A DNA stretch of 62,589 bases, the filler included, from Choristocarpus tenellus KU-1152 (lineage: Eukaryota; Protista; Phaeophyceae), in the NCBI GenBank assembly GCA_964200185.2. It is 11 parts of 11 records of this genome, joined end to end, with 100 filler letters (N's around TTAATTAATTAA, not from the genome) between each part and the next. Parts side by side here need not be neighbours in the genome. Positions count along the whole stretch, not along the records: positions 10,017 to 20,231 come from CAXNAD020003071.1; positions 20,332 to 28,822 come from CAXNAD020004656.1; 9 more parts are not named here. One strand, 5' to 3'. Within the stretch, counting starts at the first letter, position 1, and every line of letters starts with the position of its first letter. The position numbers were made by a program, and so were the translations under genes. The notes under the pieces were generated by a model. The model made no database searches, had not been told where the DNA came from, and saw nothing but the letters and a program-made list of their open reading frames with translations. Below are positions 12,305 through 25,116 of the stretch, piece after piece.

Positions 12305-13699
12305 TTACCTCTCAACTTGTTTGACTCATTCAGTTGGTAGTCGGCCCATGGCGTAAGTTGAATGTGGGTCAGACTACTACTCTCACCTTGGTCCTTCTGC
12401 TGGTAATGGTGAGAGGATATTTGCCGCAGCTTCCGTCTCCACTGCCCTCCACTCTTCACAACACCTCCTATCACGGTCTGACTCTGACAGGCCCAAACAA
12501 ATATTCAAATATTCAAGCACAACTCATCCATGTCCGGGTCTAGTCGCTGGATGTTATAGATGCAATTTCCATTGCCGAGTCGAACGCCTTGAAGCTCCAC
12601 TTTGTGTTGAGGATTGCCGTCTTGGAGAACGTTCATGACCAAACTCAGGGCACTGAGTGCTGAACACCGACGGAGTGCTGACAAACCCCTCCTACTGACT
12701 CTATTTGCCTATGGACCAAATTGTTGAGATCGCCCAGGATATAAACGTGGCATTGAAGGATTGTGCGAACGACTCCCTACTTACTTACTGCCGTTACAAA
12801 TACTGTACCTAGTTTTAAAATTTACTCAAACATGTATCATTAGCCTTTGGTTGCTCCAATGACAAACTAGACCTTGTACGAAATAGGACAATAGTAAGGT
12901 GTACCCACCCTATTATGTGTAAGTGAGATTAAGGCATTTGATTGAGTCCTGTGATGTAGCTAATGAGATAGTACATCCGGATTATGTATGGGTTTGGTTC
13001 TGCATTCAACTACTCTGACATAACCATTGACTTATGTATGAGGCACAAAATAAAAAACAAGCAATAAGAAGACACCCGACAAGGTTACTCTTCTTTTGAA
13101 CATATTATCACCACGTTCAGCAATGGGGAACCGTGTTAGGCTCCACGCCTTCTTGTCTTCACTACGGATCAAATAGCAATACCTTCCAAGGTAAATTGCA
13201 CAGAGCTGTCACAGGCGATGTATAATTATGACGATTTCGTAAACGCCATTACGACCTTGAAGTCCTAGATTTCATACATTGTACCTCTTGACCATTTATT
13301 TTTATTTAGTCAATATGGGGTCATACATATGGCATGCCTGGTGGTTGTTCAGTCCTTTTTATATACCGCTAACAAACCAATAATGCGAAGGATTGAAGTG
13401 AGAGATCCAGCATATTCGATTGTATTTCTATTATGGAGTCCTCTACAACCTCTATAAGCATCTTCATTTGCCTACAGGCTTGTAGGTTGGAGGTACACAT
13501 CCCATCACGGAAAGCTTGCGACTGTTTTGTAACATGGAGGTCCTACCTTGTCTCTTCAATCCGCAGAGGAATGCTCAGCTTTCCACATGAGACTATTGTT
13601 AGCTCCTTGGGACGTTATGGACTCATCTCCATCTCCACTTCTCTCCAATTGGGGGGAATGGGTCTAGGTCGTCGCATGAGTTTCTCACCCTCAGCAAGG

Positions 13700-14000
13700 A
13701 ACGACCTTGCGACCATGAGTGAGGAAATTTACTCATGTTCGCATTGATGGCCTGCACTCCATGCCACGGTACCAGGGTCTCTCTCTATGATCTTGATGCT
13801 GTGAAAGAGAGTGCAGGTCGCCTTTCTGTCTGCAATGGTTCGAATCGATGACCTGCACTTGTGATCACGCTTTCAGGGTCTCTCTCTACGACCTTGAGGC
13901 TGTGTAATAGCGTGCAGACCGCCTTACGGGTCGCATCAATGGCCTGCACTCGACTTCATCGCTTCAGAGTCTATGTTTACAACCTTGAGGTTTGCCAGAG
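13700..14000. repeat. Degenerate tandem repeat, about 90-100-bp units, three copies
   Basis: ATGGCCTGCACT...CAGGGTCTCTCTCTA...CTTGA recurs near 13773, 13874 and 13965. Confidence 0.65.
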
Positions 14001-15561
14001 TACGGGCCAAGTTATGTTACAGCACGCTCGAAGGCTTACCTTCACGGGATGTATAGCTTCAATCCACAGGCCTATAGATGGTGCTGATGCTTGTACATGA
14101 TTTCTGGGATACTCCGACAGTCAAAAGGTCCAACGAGGATGATGAATATCAGGTCAGCAGATACGGGCATTCTTTTGGAGCAATACGCGTATGTATGAGA
14201 GCTGGTATCAGTTAAGAGTGAGCCGTTTGAGGTCTCTTGTTATCATTTACCGTTTCATTTTTATTTCAGTTTACAGACATTGAAATGCATCTGAGAACGG
14301 TTGCATACATTCCCAAGTTTCTGATCTCACCCTGCAACCTTTAGCAAATCGGAGTTCCCCCTTTGGGCTTCCACACGCGCGTACACTACTCGTGCTGGTT
14401 CAAGCGCGGTAAGAAACACTTGTGCTAAACATACACTGTGTCGACTGGCCTCTGCCCCAGACCATAACCTCAGAGCCTTCCTCTAATGGAGGGAAGAACT
14501 CGAGATTATGCATGGGGTGTTGGCAGCACTACTGTTGTGAGTTCCCATGTGCCTCAGGTTTCTGTAGAGTAGGTTCCACGTTACTCACATACTCACAATT
14601 GTCATCTGTAGGTGCTCTCACTGTTTTTTTGCATTCTACCGCATTGCAATCTCGACTTTCTGGTACAGAAATAATAGCCAGCCGTTCTCGAGACATAGGC
14701 TACTCATCTTTTGTGTTATTGATGTTATACAGTATTACCAGCTCATACTCACTGTTGATTCACATATCAGTACCGGTCGTTACTCACCTCTTACAATCAT
14801 TGATTCTACACGATAGGATAATAGATTACGGTTACAATTCCACGGTTCATAGCAAGTATGAAACAGTCGACATCTCTCAAACGTACAAGTATAGTACGTG
14901 CCACATATGTTGTCTCTGATACTGATTGAAGTTTGTGTCTTTCTTTTTTATCTTCACACAAGAACCACCACTTGTATCACACGAGACGTTTCGTCCTTAT
15001 TGTTTGGCTAGCCTTGCCCCCACTCAGATGCAGAACTCTCCCTGCACTAGGTGTACCAGATACACAACTGGATGCTATATATTCATATTTAAAACATCCA
15101 CAAACCGTTCTTCGCAAGGTCGCAAGCCTCTACACAAAGCACGAATCTCTTCCTTTCAATGTATCAAGGAATGCCCAACATCGCTGTACCAGATATCCTC
15201 TGACTGTGCAGAGCATGTCACAAGGTTCGACGATAAAAACTCATCAGTGCCTCACTGCACTATGACAAACATTCTGTTCAAAACAAAACCTGTCACTGTA
15301 CAAGAGAGCACGATTCACTCAACCCAGGGTTCCAATAGAGTTCGATCAGTCACAGCTCAGGCGCAGGTGTGGCTAAGGGAACACAGGGTGTGCTTTATCT
15401 TTGACCCACGGGTACCCCCATCAAGAAGGTGTAGCACAAGGATAAGGGATAGGGACGGGATACACGGGCCGAGTACCTCGAGGGAGAGACAAAAGGAGAG
15501 GGAACAAGTAAGATATTTCCAGTCTTTGGGAGCAGCGAACAAGAGCCCACTGGAGATGGCC

Positions 15562-15787
15562 ATAGAGGGGGGGGGGTTGCTACGTATGGACAAGTGGACC
15601 ACAAAACCCTACTGTATCTGGATACAACAAGGGGAAAGTCTTTCTATGACAGTACACTACCTTTGTGTTATTGTGAGACATTTTGGTATGTATTTGATTG
15701 TTATGTTTATAGTTCTAGGGTAGGTACATCCTTTCTATGACAGTATTGCATTTCTTTGTGATCGTGAGACATTATTTTTCATTTGTA
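15562..15787 (+). mobile_element. Possible PPT plus start of a 3' LTR of an LTR retrotransposon remnant
   Basis: Purine tract AGAGGGGGGGGGG followed by TG; no diagnostic protein motif seen. Confidence 0.3.
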
Positions 15788-15945
15788 GGCTCAAAGCACC
15801 TGGGGGGGGTGGCGGCTGTCCATTTGGGGCCAATTTCTTAATGTCATGATTTGGGTGATTTGGTTGCCTACATCGGACGGATAAGGTAAGTGCACTTTTC
15901 CTGGTTATGCTCCAAATGGACACCCTGGTTACCCCCCCTCCCCCC
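15788..15945 (+). mobile_element. MITE family B, right terminus truncated
   Basis: GGCTCAAAGCACCTGGGG...GGCTGTCCATTTGGGG...CCAAATGGACACCCTGG; ends in C-run then CCCTAACCCTA. Confidence 0.85.
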
Positions 15946-15954
15946 TAACCCTAG

Positions 15955-18900
15955 TGTTTTGCCTTCCATGGATTTAGAAGGAGAATCCTTTCGTGACAGT
16001 ACCCTACTTTAACATGAGTGTGAGACTCTGGTGCATAAGGATTTCTCTTGAACGTTGAGTCAAATACAGAGTGAGTGCCGGCCTTTAGGTGCGAGTGTGT
16101 TAAAGAAGGTGATATTTCTGAAGACTTGTGTTTATGAATGACTTGACAACTTCCTTGTTGGGTTGGATAGGCTGTAGATGAAGTATGGAGGAGGAGAAAG
16201 GAGGAGTGAGTCTCTAAGACCAAGAGGAGATCTCTTCCTCCCAATCTATCCCATTCTGTGGATCACTAACCACAGATTATTTGCTGCACAAATTACGTAC
16301 CACAACATTTCCTACTCCCTGGACTCTTCCACGTTCTATTTCATTAACCTATACTTATCTCCTATTGTTCAGAATACAAACTTGTTCTCTTCAAACAACC
16401 GATTGTTTCTTACATAATATACCTTTACACAAGAAATGAAAGCATGTTCTTGACACACTCCCCTCCTTCGAACTTCTAGTGAAAAAGTACTACCTCAATC
16501 ACGCATATAATGCCAATCAACACAAAATTCTGTCCCACTTCATTCTATCCACGACAACACCAGAATTCCTATTGAACTATTCCTTTAACAGAGCTTTCCT
16601 AAAAGATACACCTATTGGAACTCCGTAGGTAAGTATCCAATCACAACCTTTCCTTCCCTCCCCAACTGACATACATGGTGGTACCGTATATCTATGTATT
16701 TTGTTCTGCTTTCAGATAGTTCCTTCTGAGCAATCTTGATTGCACCATCACTATCCTCAATCAATGGTATAGAGCAATCTGCGCAGAATACGATATGAAT
16801 TGCAGCAATATGTAACCGAAAGCATTTGGGATCATGGTTCATATCTTAGCGGGATATTTATAGAGAATCAATTCTGGGATTTGATGTCTACATGTTCGGG
16901 ACGTCTTTCTATATATTGATGGCGTTTTCTAGAAAGGTTGGAAATGTTCAGAGTTATTAATTAGAAGCAACAGTTACTAAACCACGTACCCCACCATCTA
17001 AAATTTGATCACTCTTCTCTTATTAACTATGCGATTATATTTATCTAAGGGGGATCGTGTGAGGCTCCCATATATTCTCTCTTCCGTACTCACACAAATA
17101 GCAGTCGAAATCTGTATATAATCCTTACGAAGTGGTTACGTGAACATGTGCCAACCTAAGGAACATAACCTCTTTCCCCGACCCACACGATGTAACATAC
17201 TCAGCCTCAGCAGTAGACAGCGTAACCGTTTTCTGCTTTCTTGTCCACAAGTCGACACATCCTTCCCCAAACACCACAACACCACCAGAAACAAACAATA
17301 TATTCTCCTTGCAGTTAGCATAATCAGCATCTATCTGTATACCCATTTGCTAGTCCTTCCCATTCCCGTACAATTCAAGGTCTCTAACCGCAATATCCTC
17401 TTCAGAATCTAACAGGTAGCCCATAGGTTCACCCTTTCAGTATTCAGCCAATCGCACCAAGTTGAACTCTCCACACCAAACTTCAACTCTCTAACTGCAA
17501 AAGACAGATCAGGCCTAATCATTAGTACCACGAACTATATCCAACCAACCATCGATCTGTAGCCGTCTGGAACAGGCCCTTCTGCTAGAACTTTAGTAAC
17601 TGCCCCGCCGAAGTTAGTCACTGATAAGAGGGATCACAACCCCCAGCCAAAATCTCAACAAGTCAAACAGCTTGCGATCCCCGGGATTAGCTGTTGTTAG
17701 AACTGTAGTAAACCCCTGCACTACCGAGGAGATAGTTGCTGACTACTTTCACAGTAGCACAGGGGTTTACCAAACGCTCGAACACCTCCTGCTCCACTCT
17801 CTTGACCATTGATGGTAGTTCAGAAGTTGTGCCAATCCCTTATTTCCCTGACAGATCTCCAATGTACAAGCTCTCGTCCACCACAAGTATCACAGCCTTC
17901 CTGTTCCTCCTGATCCCACAGCACAGGCCATGAACTTGGTCACCTCACCCAAATTCACGACTGGGAAATCCTTGTTCAATCCCTTGATGATATGAACAGC
18001 ATAACCTACTCCTGGTTCCACAGCCACCAACATGTCATCCACTCAACATAGATCTGGTTCAGACTGTTCCAGTCCCAGCCCAAACAAAGCATCTACCAGC
18101 AGAAATTTCAAGTTCTTGAGACGTTTGGACTGTTCCTTATGCAGGGACATCTTCAGCAATACCACTGCTCCACCCAACTTTGCCACCCAGCACACCTAGC
18201 CCCGCCTAGGGCCTCAACACTCTCCCTCTACCATCAATCTGGTTCGGTAGAAATCCCTGTGCCTAATTAATGGGTAAGTCAACTGGATCTTTGACCATTT
18301 CCTCTACCACTACCTCTCATTCCACAGGTTTACTCATAGTGTTGGGTTCGGTTGGTAGTATTCTCGATTTCCACCAACAAGCAGACCAACCAGTCTCTTC
18401 TCATACGGCAGGTGTCGCTCGTATGGTGTACCTAGAATAGATGGAGGATCATTGTTGTTGTCTGCAACTCTCAGCATCAATGTACTCCTCCCCTCCCTTG
18501 CTGTGACGTCTGAAGCACATCACCCATCCCTGTATCCAATACACAACCTGACCCCACTGACTCCCGTTCCTACTACCGCCCACTGCCTGGTTCCTCAGGA
18601 CTTGAAACAAACTTCATTGTATCATCTCCATCTGACTCCTCCAATGGTCTGCCTGGTGCAGGTGGACGGTTAATGTTGCACTCCCCACCAGAATCTTGCC
18701 CAAATGCATCTACAATTCTCCCGCTCAGGCCTTGTTCCACTTCCTCAGACATCAAACCCTTCACCCTATGGCTATGTATGGGGACTTCCAACTATTCTTA
18801 TGCAAAGATAATATATACTCTTTACACACACAAACCTAACACCACCATTCACCAAAGACCAATTTTTACCCCTTGTCCGGATCCTTAAAATGCAATCCTG

Positions 18901-19560
18901 CCTAATTCTCACTTGTTTCGACTCAATAATGATACAAAGTGCCATTAATACAAACAATAACAGAAGCGCATCAAGCTTCTAGATCGTGAACCACAAAACG
19001 AAATGTTCTTTACCGAGGCTACGTCAACGTGGCCGTCAACAAAATCAAGACTATCTTCATAGCCTCCAAACTCTTGCATGGTATTGGTGATCCACAACTC
19101 GTGCCAAGATGAAGAACACGATCATAATCGAGACAAGAGTAGAGAGCAATCACGGATGGCATGAGAAATGAACTTTCCACAAATTGAGATGCTTAAAACG
19201 TACTGCATCCTCAGTCACTGCAGCCCAATATAACCTTCAATTCCTTCTCCTGTCCAGGTACCAATAACCATCAAACCAACTGTCTTGCCACTTCACCTTC
19301 AAGACCACCTCATGGCCACATCTGGAATAGGTATGCTGTTGTTCTCATCTCTATTATTACCTTTAGCTATTGATACTTACCTAATCTTCCTCAAATCCCT
19401 CAGTACCTCCTTTGCAGCCCTTGAACTTGCTTGCATCTGCTCCATAAAAATCTCTCCTCACCAGAAAGAGGCATGCTGTCCGTATACAGCAGCAGCACTA
19501 TAAACATCAAATAGTAGACCAACACTTTCAGCAGACAAACAAGCGTGTCGACATGGCATC
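15955..19560 (-). mobile_element. Decayed Ty1/Copia LTR retrotransposon (RT-RNase H remnants; boundaries approximate)
   Basis: RNase H motifs DADYA...KQKTVTLSTAEAEY (17125-17346) and RTKYIDIRYH (16612-16780); RT motifs YV.DDML (about 18030-18055) and GYRSMVG...RPDLSFAV (about 17490-17570); PPT AAGGAGGGGAG then TG at about 16468-16457; many stops and frameshifts. Confidence 0.85.
17583..17784 (+). mobile_element. Internally deleted copy of the palindromic-terminal-repeat mini element, nested in Copia RT
   Basis: TG...CA ends, flanks CCTTC/CCTCC, homologous to 61635-61825; excision rejoins the Copia peptide RVEQEG-PVPDGYRSMVG. Confidence 0.8.
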
Positions 19561-19981
19561 AACACTATATTGACTATATAATGTACGTACTACTCACGAG
19601 TATATAGTACAAGGAACGAAATCATGTGAAGGTTCCCGTGGGATGCACAGTCAGCAATGCTCCTGAGAAATGTGCTTAGGCATGGTATACACATTGCATA
19701 CCCTCTGTAGAAAGAATCCTGAGAGATGATGGTGCATGTCTTGTCTAAATTAATTTATTTACTCTCATGCTACCAAGCTCGGTGCGGACGAACCACTACC
19801 TGAACGTACAGATTTCTTCTAACAGAAAACCGATCCGCTCAACTGTACACAAGCCATCCAAAACCACTCAACTCCCTACAACAGCAGCCAAAGATGCCAA
19901 AGGATGATAAAAACAAATTACAACAGTTAAGTAACACCATTCATTTCTACAAAAACGCAAAAAAACATCATTGCAAACAAC

Positions 19982-20231
19982 CTAGTTGAAGGAGTACGAT
20001 GCGCCAACGAGGTCGTTGATGATGTAGGGCTGGTTCGACAGCTCCTCGTGTACCATCATCGCCAGGATGCCCATTTGCGCCGCCCGTCCGTTGTTCAGCT
20101 CGATCGCCCTCTTAGACGCCTGGGTCTCCTCGGACATAGCATCCCAAGAGGAGGCGAACGGGTTACCACCGATGGTAAAATCACCAGGGAACGAGCCCTC
20201 CACGTTCTTCATCACAGCCAACTCCAGGAAA
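19982..20231 (-). CDS. LHCF: Fucoxanthin-chlorophyll a/c light-harvesting protein (LHCF family), C-terminal part; 5' end lost in gap
   Basis: FPGDF...KRAIELNNGRAAQMGILAMMVHE, the third-helix LHC signature; TAG stop. Confidence 0.93.
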
Positions 20232-20920
20232 NNNNNNNNNNNNNNNNNNNNNNNNNNNNNNNNNNNNNNNNNNNNTTAATTAATTAANNNNNNNNNNNNN
20301 NNNNNNNNNNNNNNNNNNNNNNNNNNNNNNNGGTGAGGGACTGGAAGAGGTAGGGTCCTTGCCCACGTTAGTGTTTTTTTTTTTTGGGGGGAGGCTATAT
20401 TGAAGGGAGGAAACGCCCTCTCGTATCTGAAAGAATAGGTGGTGGTGTTGTGGAGGTTTATGATAAATCTACAACATGCATGCCACGAACAGCGCGCGCA
20501 CGTTTTAGAATTTGGCCCATAACCAAGATTTGTCCTGTGCCTACACTTAGTTCGGGCCTGACACAACTGCAATCAACTTCGTGCCGAAGTTGACCTAAAA
20601 CGTTTTTAGTGTATTTCACATGTTCGTGCGCACCTAACATAAGAGACCTTGAACCACGACCCATATCCAGCCTCATTTCACCCCCATACCGCACCACCTT
20701 TGCAATGCTAGAAACCCACGAAACCTCATACTTTTAAGTATTTTACAATAGGTTGATCTCCTTGAACGACCATCATCATCAAAAGCCGACTCACCCGAAA
20801 AAGGTTACCTTCATTTCTTCCCACCCCCCAACCCAACCCCCTATCCCATACCCACCAATAACACCATTCCTCTCTCCATCACACGAACCCCCTACGCGAT
20901 AAGCAAGTCACCACGCAAAG

Positions 20921-21403
20921 GTGATGTCAAGGCCTCTTGGCGTCTTCATGTCAACATTGGTCAAATTTCCCAAACCAGTGGTCGTAGCAGTTAACGGCCC
21001 CGCAGTTGGCATTGGGGTAACGCTCCTGCCTCACTGTGATGTTGTCTATGCGGCTGCTGGGGAGGGAGAAGAAAAACCAGGGGAGGCGGTGACATTCTGG
21101 ACACCCTTTTTCCGATTGGCCATTGTTCCAGAATTCTGCTCGAGTGTCACCTTTCCTGAGATATTGGTGAGGCGGATCCCAACCTTTTCTTTTGCCTTCT
21201 AATTTTTTTTTCTTCTTTACCCAATCCCCGGGACCCTTTTCCACCCACCCGCATAGAAGCTCAAGTGCGACTTGTCGATTTTGTGTACTCTGATTTGTAG
21301 TACAGCATTGATGCTTCGACACAAGCCCGACGAGAGTGATTTAAACGCAGGCGTTACTAGTGACTGCTACTACTGCTCCAACCGTACCCTGCATAGGTAT
21401 GAA

Positions 21404-21440
<37 letters not shown>

Positions 21441-24400
21441 TTTTTTATCGAGATAATGCAGTACAAAATGCAAAGCGAAGTTGAGTGAAGTGAAGCTAAA
21501 TTTAAAGCTTTTGAATCCGCCACTTCTCTCTTTTTGAATCCCGCGGTGAGTTTCGTCCGCTCTGTTGGTGTCACGAATTGGTCGCTGTTCACGCCTTCCA
21601 TGTACTCTTTTGATTGAGTGCGCTCGGCACTGATGCTTTGAAGTTAACAGTTGACTGTGCAAGCTGGTCGATGCCCCTCTCATGCGCTTGTGTGCCGAAG
21701 GCTGTTTTTGCATGTATGTAATCCTTTCTGTCTGAAAATAGTTTTTGTCCATAACAACCTAGGTTTGCTGCTATATAGACAGTGGTAAGAGATGTTTTCA
21801 GATTTTGCTAGGTTTGAATCAGTGGACATCTGCAACTATCATCATTCTGCCCCTCCCTCCGCCCCCTCTTTTTTCCCTCCGTGATATTCGAAGAGACCAA
21901 ACAAAAAAAAAAAAGCGAGCAATTTTCCATCAGAATGGCTCCACCTCTAGATTTTTGAGAGACCTCAAGACTTTAAAAAGTTGGAAGATTTGGGGTGCGT
22001 GACAAACAGGACCTACCGAGATTGATTTTTTTTTTTTTCTGAGGTGAAAGGACCTACTGCATTCACTAGTCTAGAAAAACATGCAAACGGTGCTGCATCC
22101 CATCCCATAGTACATCCAAAGTACCTGGGCCTTGCACTAAAGTCCAAAACTTCGGTTCATAATTGAAATGGTAGTAATACTTCAACTTATATTTTGGGTT
22201 CATTATTAACCTCCACACAGCGCAAAATTACATCACCTCGACAACCTCAGACATGGCGGCAGCAGTGTTCAAAGCAGGAAGTTGGGGTGACCGGCCTCAT
22301 GGCAAGGCGCAGTGGATAACATTGCCTACAGTAGCGGTAGTTAACTTTATAGTTGGTGGTTTGTCATACATTCCGTAGTACATGTAGCACAGTGCAACAA
22401 TGTCTGTGTGTTTTGCCTGTGTGTGTCTTTGCGTAAAAAACAGAGAGGGTGAGAGTTCCAGACGCACGTGTGACGCAATCCAGAGGATACACACATGCAT
22501 TGGCTGGTAGAGTTGCGTTCTCTCGGACACATGATTGTTGATTGTTTGATGAACAATCACTTATACAGCGCACTCGTAGCGGTGCAGCTTGGCTGTCCTC
22601 CATGACCTGACTGGGTACTGCGACAAATTAGTCCACATCTATGATCTACACTCCGGAGTACATATATTGTCGTGCCGTTGGATCAACTGCAGAGTACTTC
22701 CCATGTGTTCGAGAAAACACTGGAAACAGTTCTGCCAACCCCTCCCCGCCTCCCTGGCATTTGTTCTGTGTGTGTGTGTGTTTCACTTCCTAACTTTGAT
22801 GGGAAGGGATGGTCCCTCGCGAATGACATGCTGTTGATGGGGAGGAAGCTTACCCTGCAAGAAGCTCTACAGGCGGGGTTGATCTCAAGGGTGGTGCGAG
22901 CTTCTGGTGGGAACTTTCTGGCTCAGGCGAGGGGTTCGATGTGCTTTTGTTTTTTTGTTTTTATAATGAAAGCGCATCAGTAGCGGTGCTCTTCGCTGGG
23001 AATAGCTCCTTGCGTGTGAGTCTAGGGTGTACATCACCCAAAGAGGTGTTCTTGTCTCCGTTGCCATTGGTCAACAGTGGTACTGACTCCTGACTCCTGA
23101 CTCACTGGTACATAGTAGTATTTGGACCATGTCTCGCTGGTATCTACTGGTACTTGAACCTCGACTCACAGGTACCTAATTTGTGCAGCACCCCAAAATG
23201 TCATATCCCAGGTACTGGTTTTGAGGAGTTGTTGTGTTGACCTACGCTTTTCTTGTGTGTGTGTGTGTGTGTGTTTGTGTTTGCCACTTCATGTTTTTGT
23301 GAACAGGTACAGGACGATGTAAGGAGGCAAATAGTGGATCAGCCACTGGGGATGGAATCCTCGTTGGCATTCAAGCGCGTCATGATGAAGGAGCGTTGTC
23401 AATGGCTCCTCAGGGTTCTGGAGGACGAATTGATAGAGCTGGACAGGTACGTGTTGGCATTGGTACTGTTGTCCTCCAGGGCGGCAGCCGGACAAACGCC
23501 TGCTTTTTTTTATGCACACTCTTTGGAGCAATGATCGATTAGGAGCAGGATAAGAGAGGTCCTAGTTTGTATTATCTATATGTATGTGTGTGATATGTAT
23601 GTAGTCGGTCACAATGTTGACATTGAGACCTGGCAAGAGAAGGTTGTCTCGAACTTCAGTGTAGAAATTGTGAGGAACTGCACGGTAGCTGTACTTTATT
23701 TTTTGTTACGAGAACCTCCTTGGTTTGAGCTCCTATCACACCTTTTGGAGAGGCAGTCTCTGTTGTGACCATTACATGGTTTTTTTAATTTTTTCTGCGA
23801 AGATTCAGAGTATATGTAAACAAACAGCAGGAGGGTTTAGAGGAGGCGATGTTAATACTAACTTTAGTTAGAGAGAGTGGAGATTTAGTAGCAGCTTGTC
23901 TGTGGGAGTAAAAGTGGCCATTTTATACCTTGAAGATTTGCATGCTGTATACCTTTTTATGACACACTTCTCCTACTATGTACTCTGGAGTAGCAGCAAT
24001 AGTAGTAGTAGTAGTAGTATCATTTACAAATAGGGTCAGGGTTAATGGTCAAGTACACCCCCCATGTCATCAAAGCTTCTTTGTTTCATGACATCATTGT
24101 TTAGTCTCCAACAATCGTGTGTTGATAGTTGATCACTTGTTGAGTTTTTGAAAGTTTTTCAGACTATTGCATGTGTCTTTCATCCGTTGATTTTACAAAT
24201 CGATGCAAGAACAGTGAGTCTTTTCCGGTGGAGTTGCTCGCAGCAGCATTGGAGTGCATCCAATCGCACAAGCTGTTTCCTCAAGCATCCACCCTGTCCG
24301 TGACCAAGCCCGCCTTCCTTCTTTTTTTTATCAGGCGTTTTCAGGCTGGGCACCCGCAAATAGCTCTTCAGCATTTATTGGAGGAGCCTCGGTCGCGAGC

Positions 24401-24485
24401 AGGTACAAGCGGGAAGAACTTGGGGCAAAGGGGATCAGTGACCTCGAACGGTGGGGTTGCTGCAGCTGTCAAGAGCCGGCTATAA
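20921..24485 (+). CDS. Peroxisomal enoyl-CoA delta isomerase/crotonase-family protein (ECI2-like), 5'-partial; exons 20921-21166, 22807-22926, 23307-23446, 24335-24485
   Basis: FPKPVVVAVNGPAVGIGVTLLPHCDVVYA and TPFFRLAIVPEFCSS...ANDMLLMGRKLT crotonase motifs; exon phases consistent; C-terminal SRL (PTS1). Confidence 0.9.
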
Positions 24486-25072
24486 TCAGAGGGTTGTACA
24501 TCGACGAACAAGGCCAGGGGGGGGGGGGCTCTACCGGACTGTAGGAATGGAAGCGCAACAGTTTTTTCCTGCAGTATTCTTCTGCTGGTACCGGCATCAT
24601 TGGTTTGAAATGGTTTCCGGGGCAGGCTGTAAGATGGGCGAGATGGTGCCTTTTTTTTTTCTTTTTCTTTTTTGGGGGGGGGGAGCTTGAAATGACCTCC
24701 ATGTGAGGACGTGACGTTTCTTTCTGTGTGTATAACCTTTCATTTGATGCGTGTTGAATTCATGCTGCTGAACAAGAAAAGTGTTAGACTCCAATAGATA
24801 TGTTTACTAGTTTATATATTTACATATTTATTTTTCCAGTGTAGGTACTTTTTGTTCGCTCTATGTTGATCCTGATCCTGTGAGGACTTGAGGTTGATTG
24901 TGAAGTGCAGCATGGTGCAGCGTGACACGATACCTTTGAAGGGGGGGGGGGGGGGGGGGGGGGGGGGTGTGTACCCCCCCTTCTTTTTTTTTTTTTGTTT
25001 TTTTTTTGTTGGTTTGGGGGGGGGGGGGCGTGTTGGAGTGTGGGGTTTGGGTGGGGGGGGGTGGGGGAGTGT

Positions 25073-25116
<44 letters not shown>

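Larger units (their letters stand above)
10105..12780 (+). pseudogene. Degenerate copy of the unidentified multicopy coding family, hit by three MITE-A insertions
   Basis: 11045-11570 (minus the MITE) aligns to 2220-2490 rc; stop-interrupted frame VAMCVHCRDCYG...RMHGYGTHCIVRK. Confidence 0.45.

Noticed and set aside
14422-15723. Long ORFs (165 and 265 aa) and the ORF at 61711-62445
   Set aside because: No recognisable domain; they span repeat or intron sequence and are probably spurious
16811-17139. Solo LTR interrupting Copia RNase H (TGTAACC...GGTTACG)
   Set aside because: An insertion is likely, but there is no matching TSD and the end is imperfect, so it is not called
17615-17690. Hammerhead ribozyme (CTGATAAG-stem)
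   Set aside because: Core deviates from CUGANGA and there is no GAAA after the stem in either copy
24940-25115. Poly-G/poly-T tract giving Pro- and Gly-rich ORFs
   Set aside because: Low-complexity, probably a garbled MITE-B or sequencing artefact
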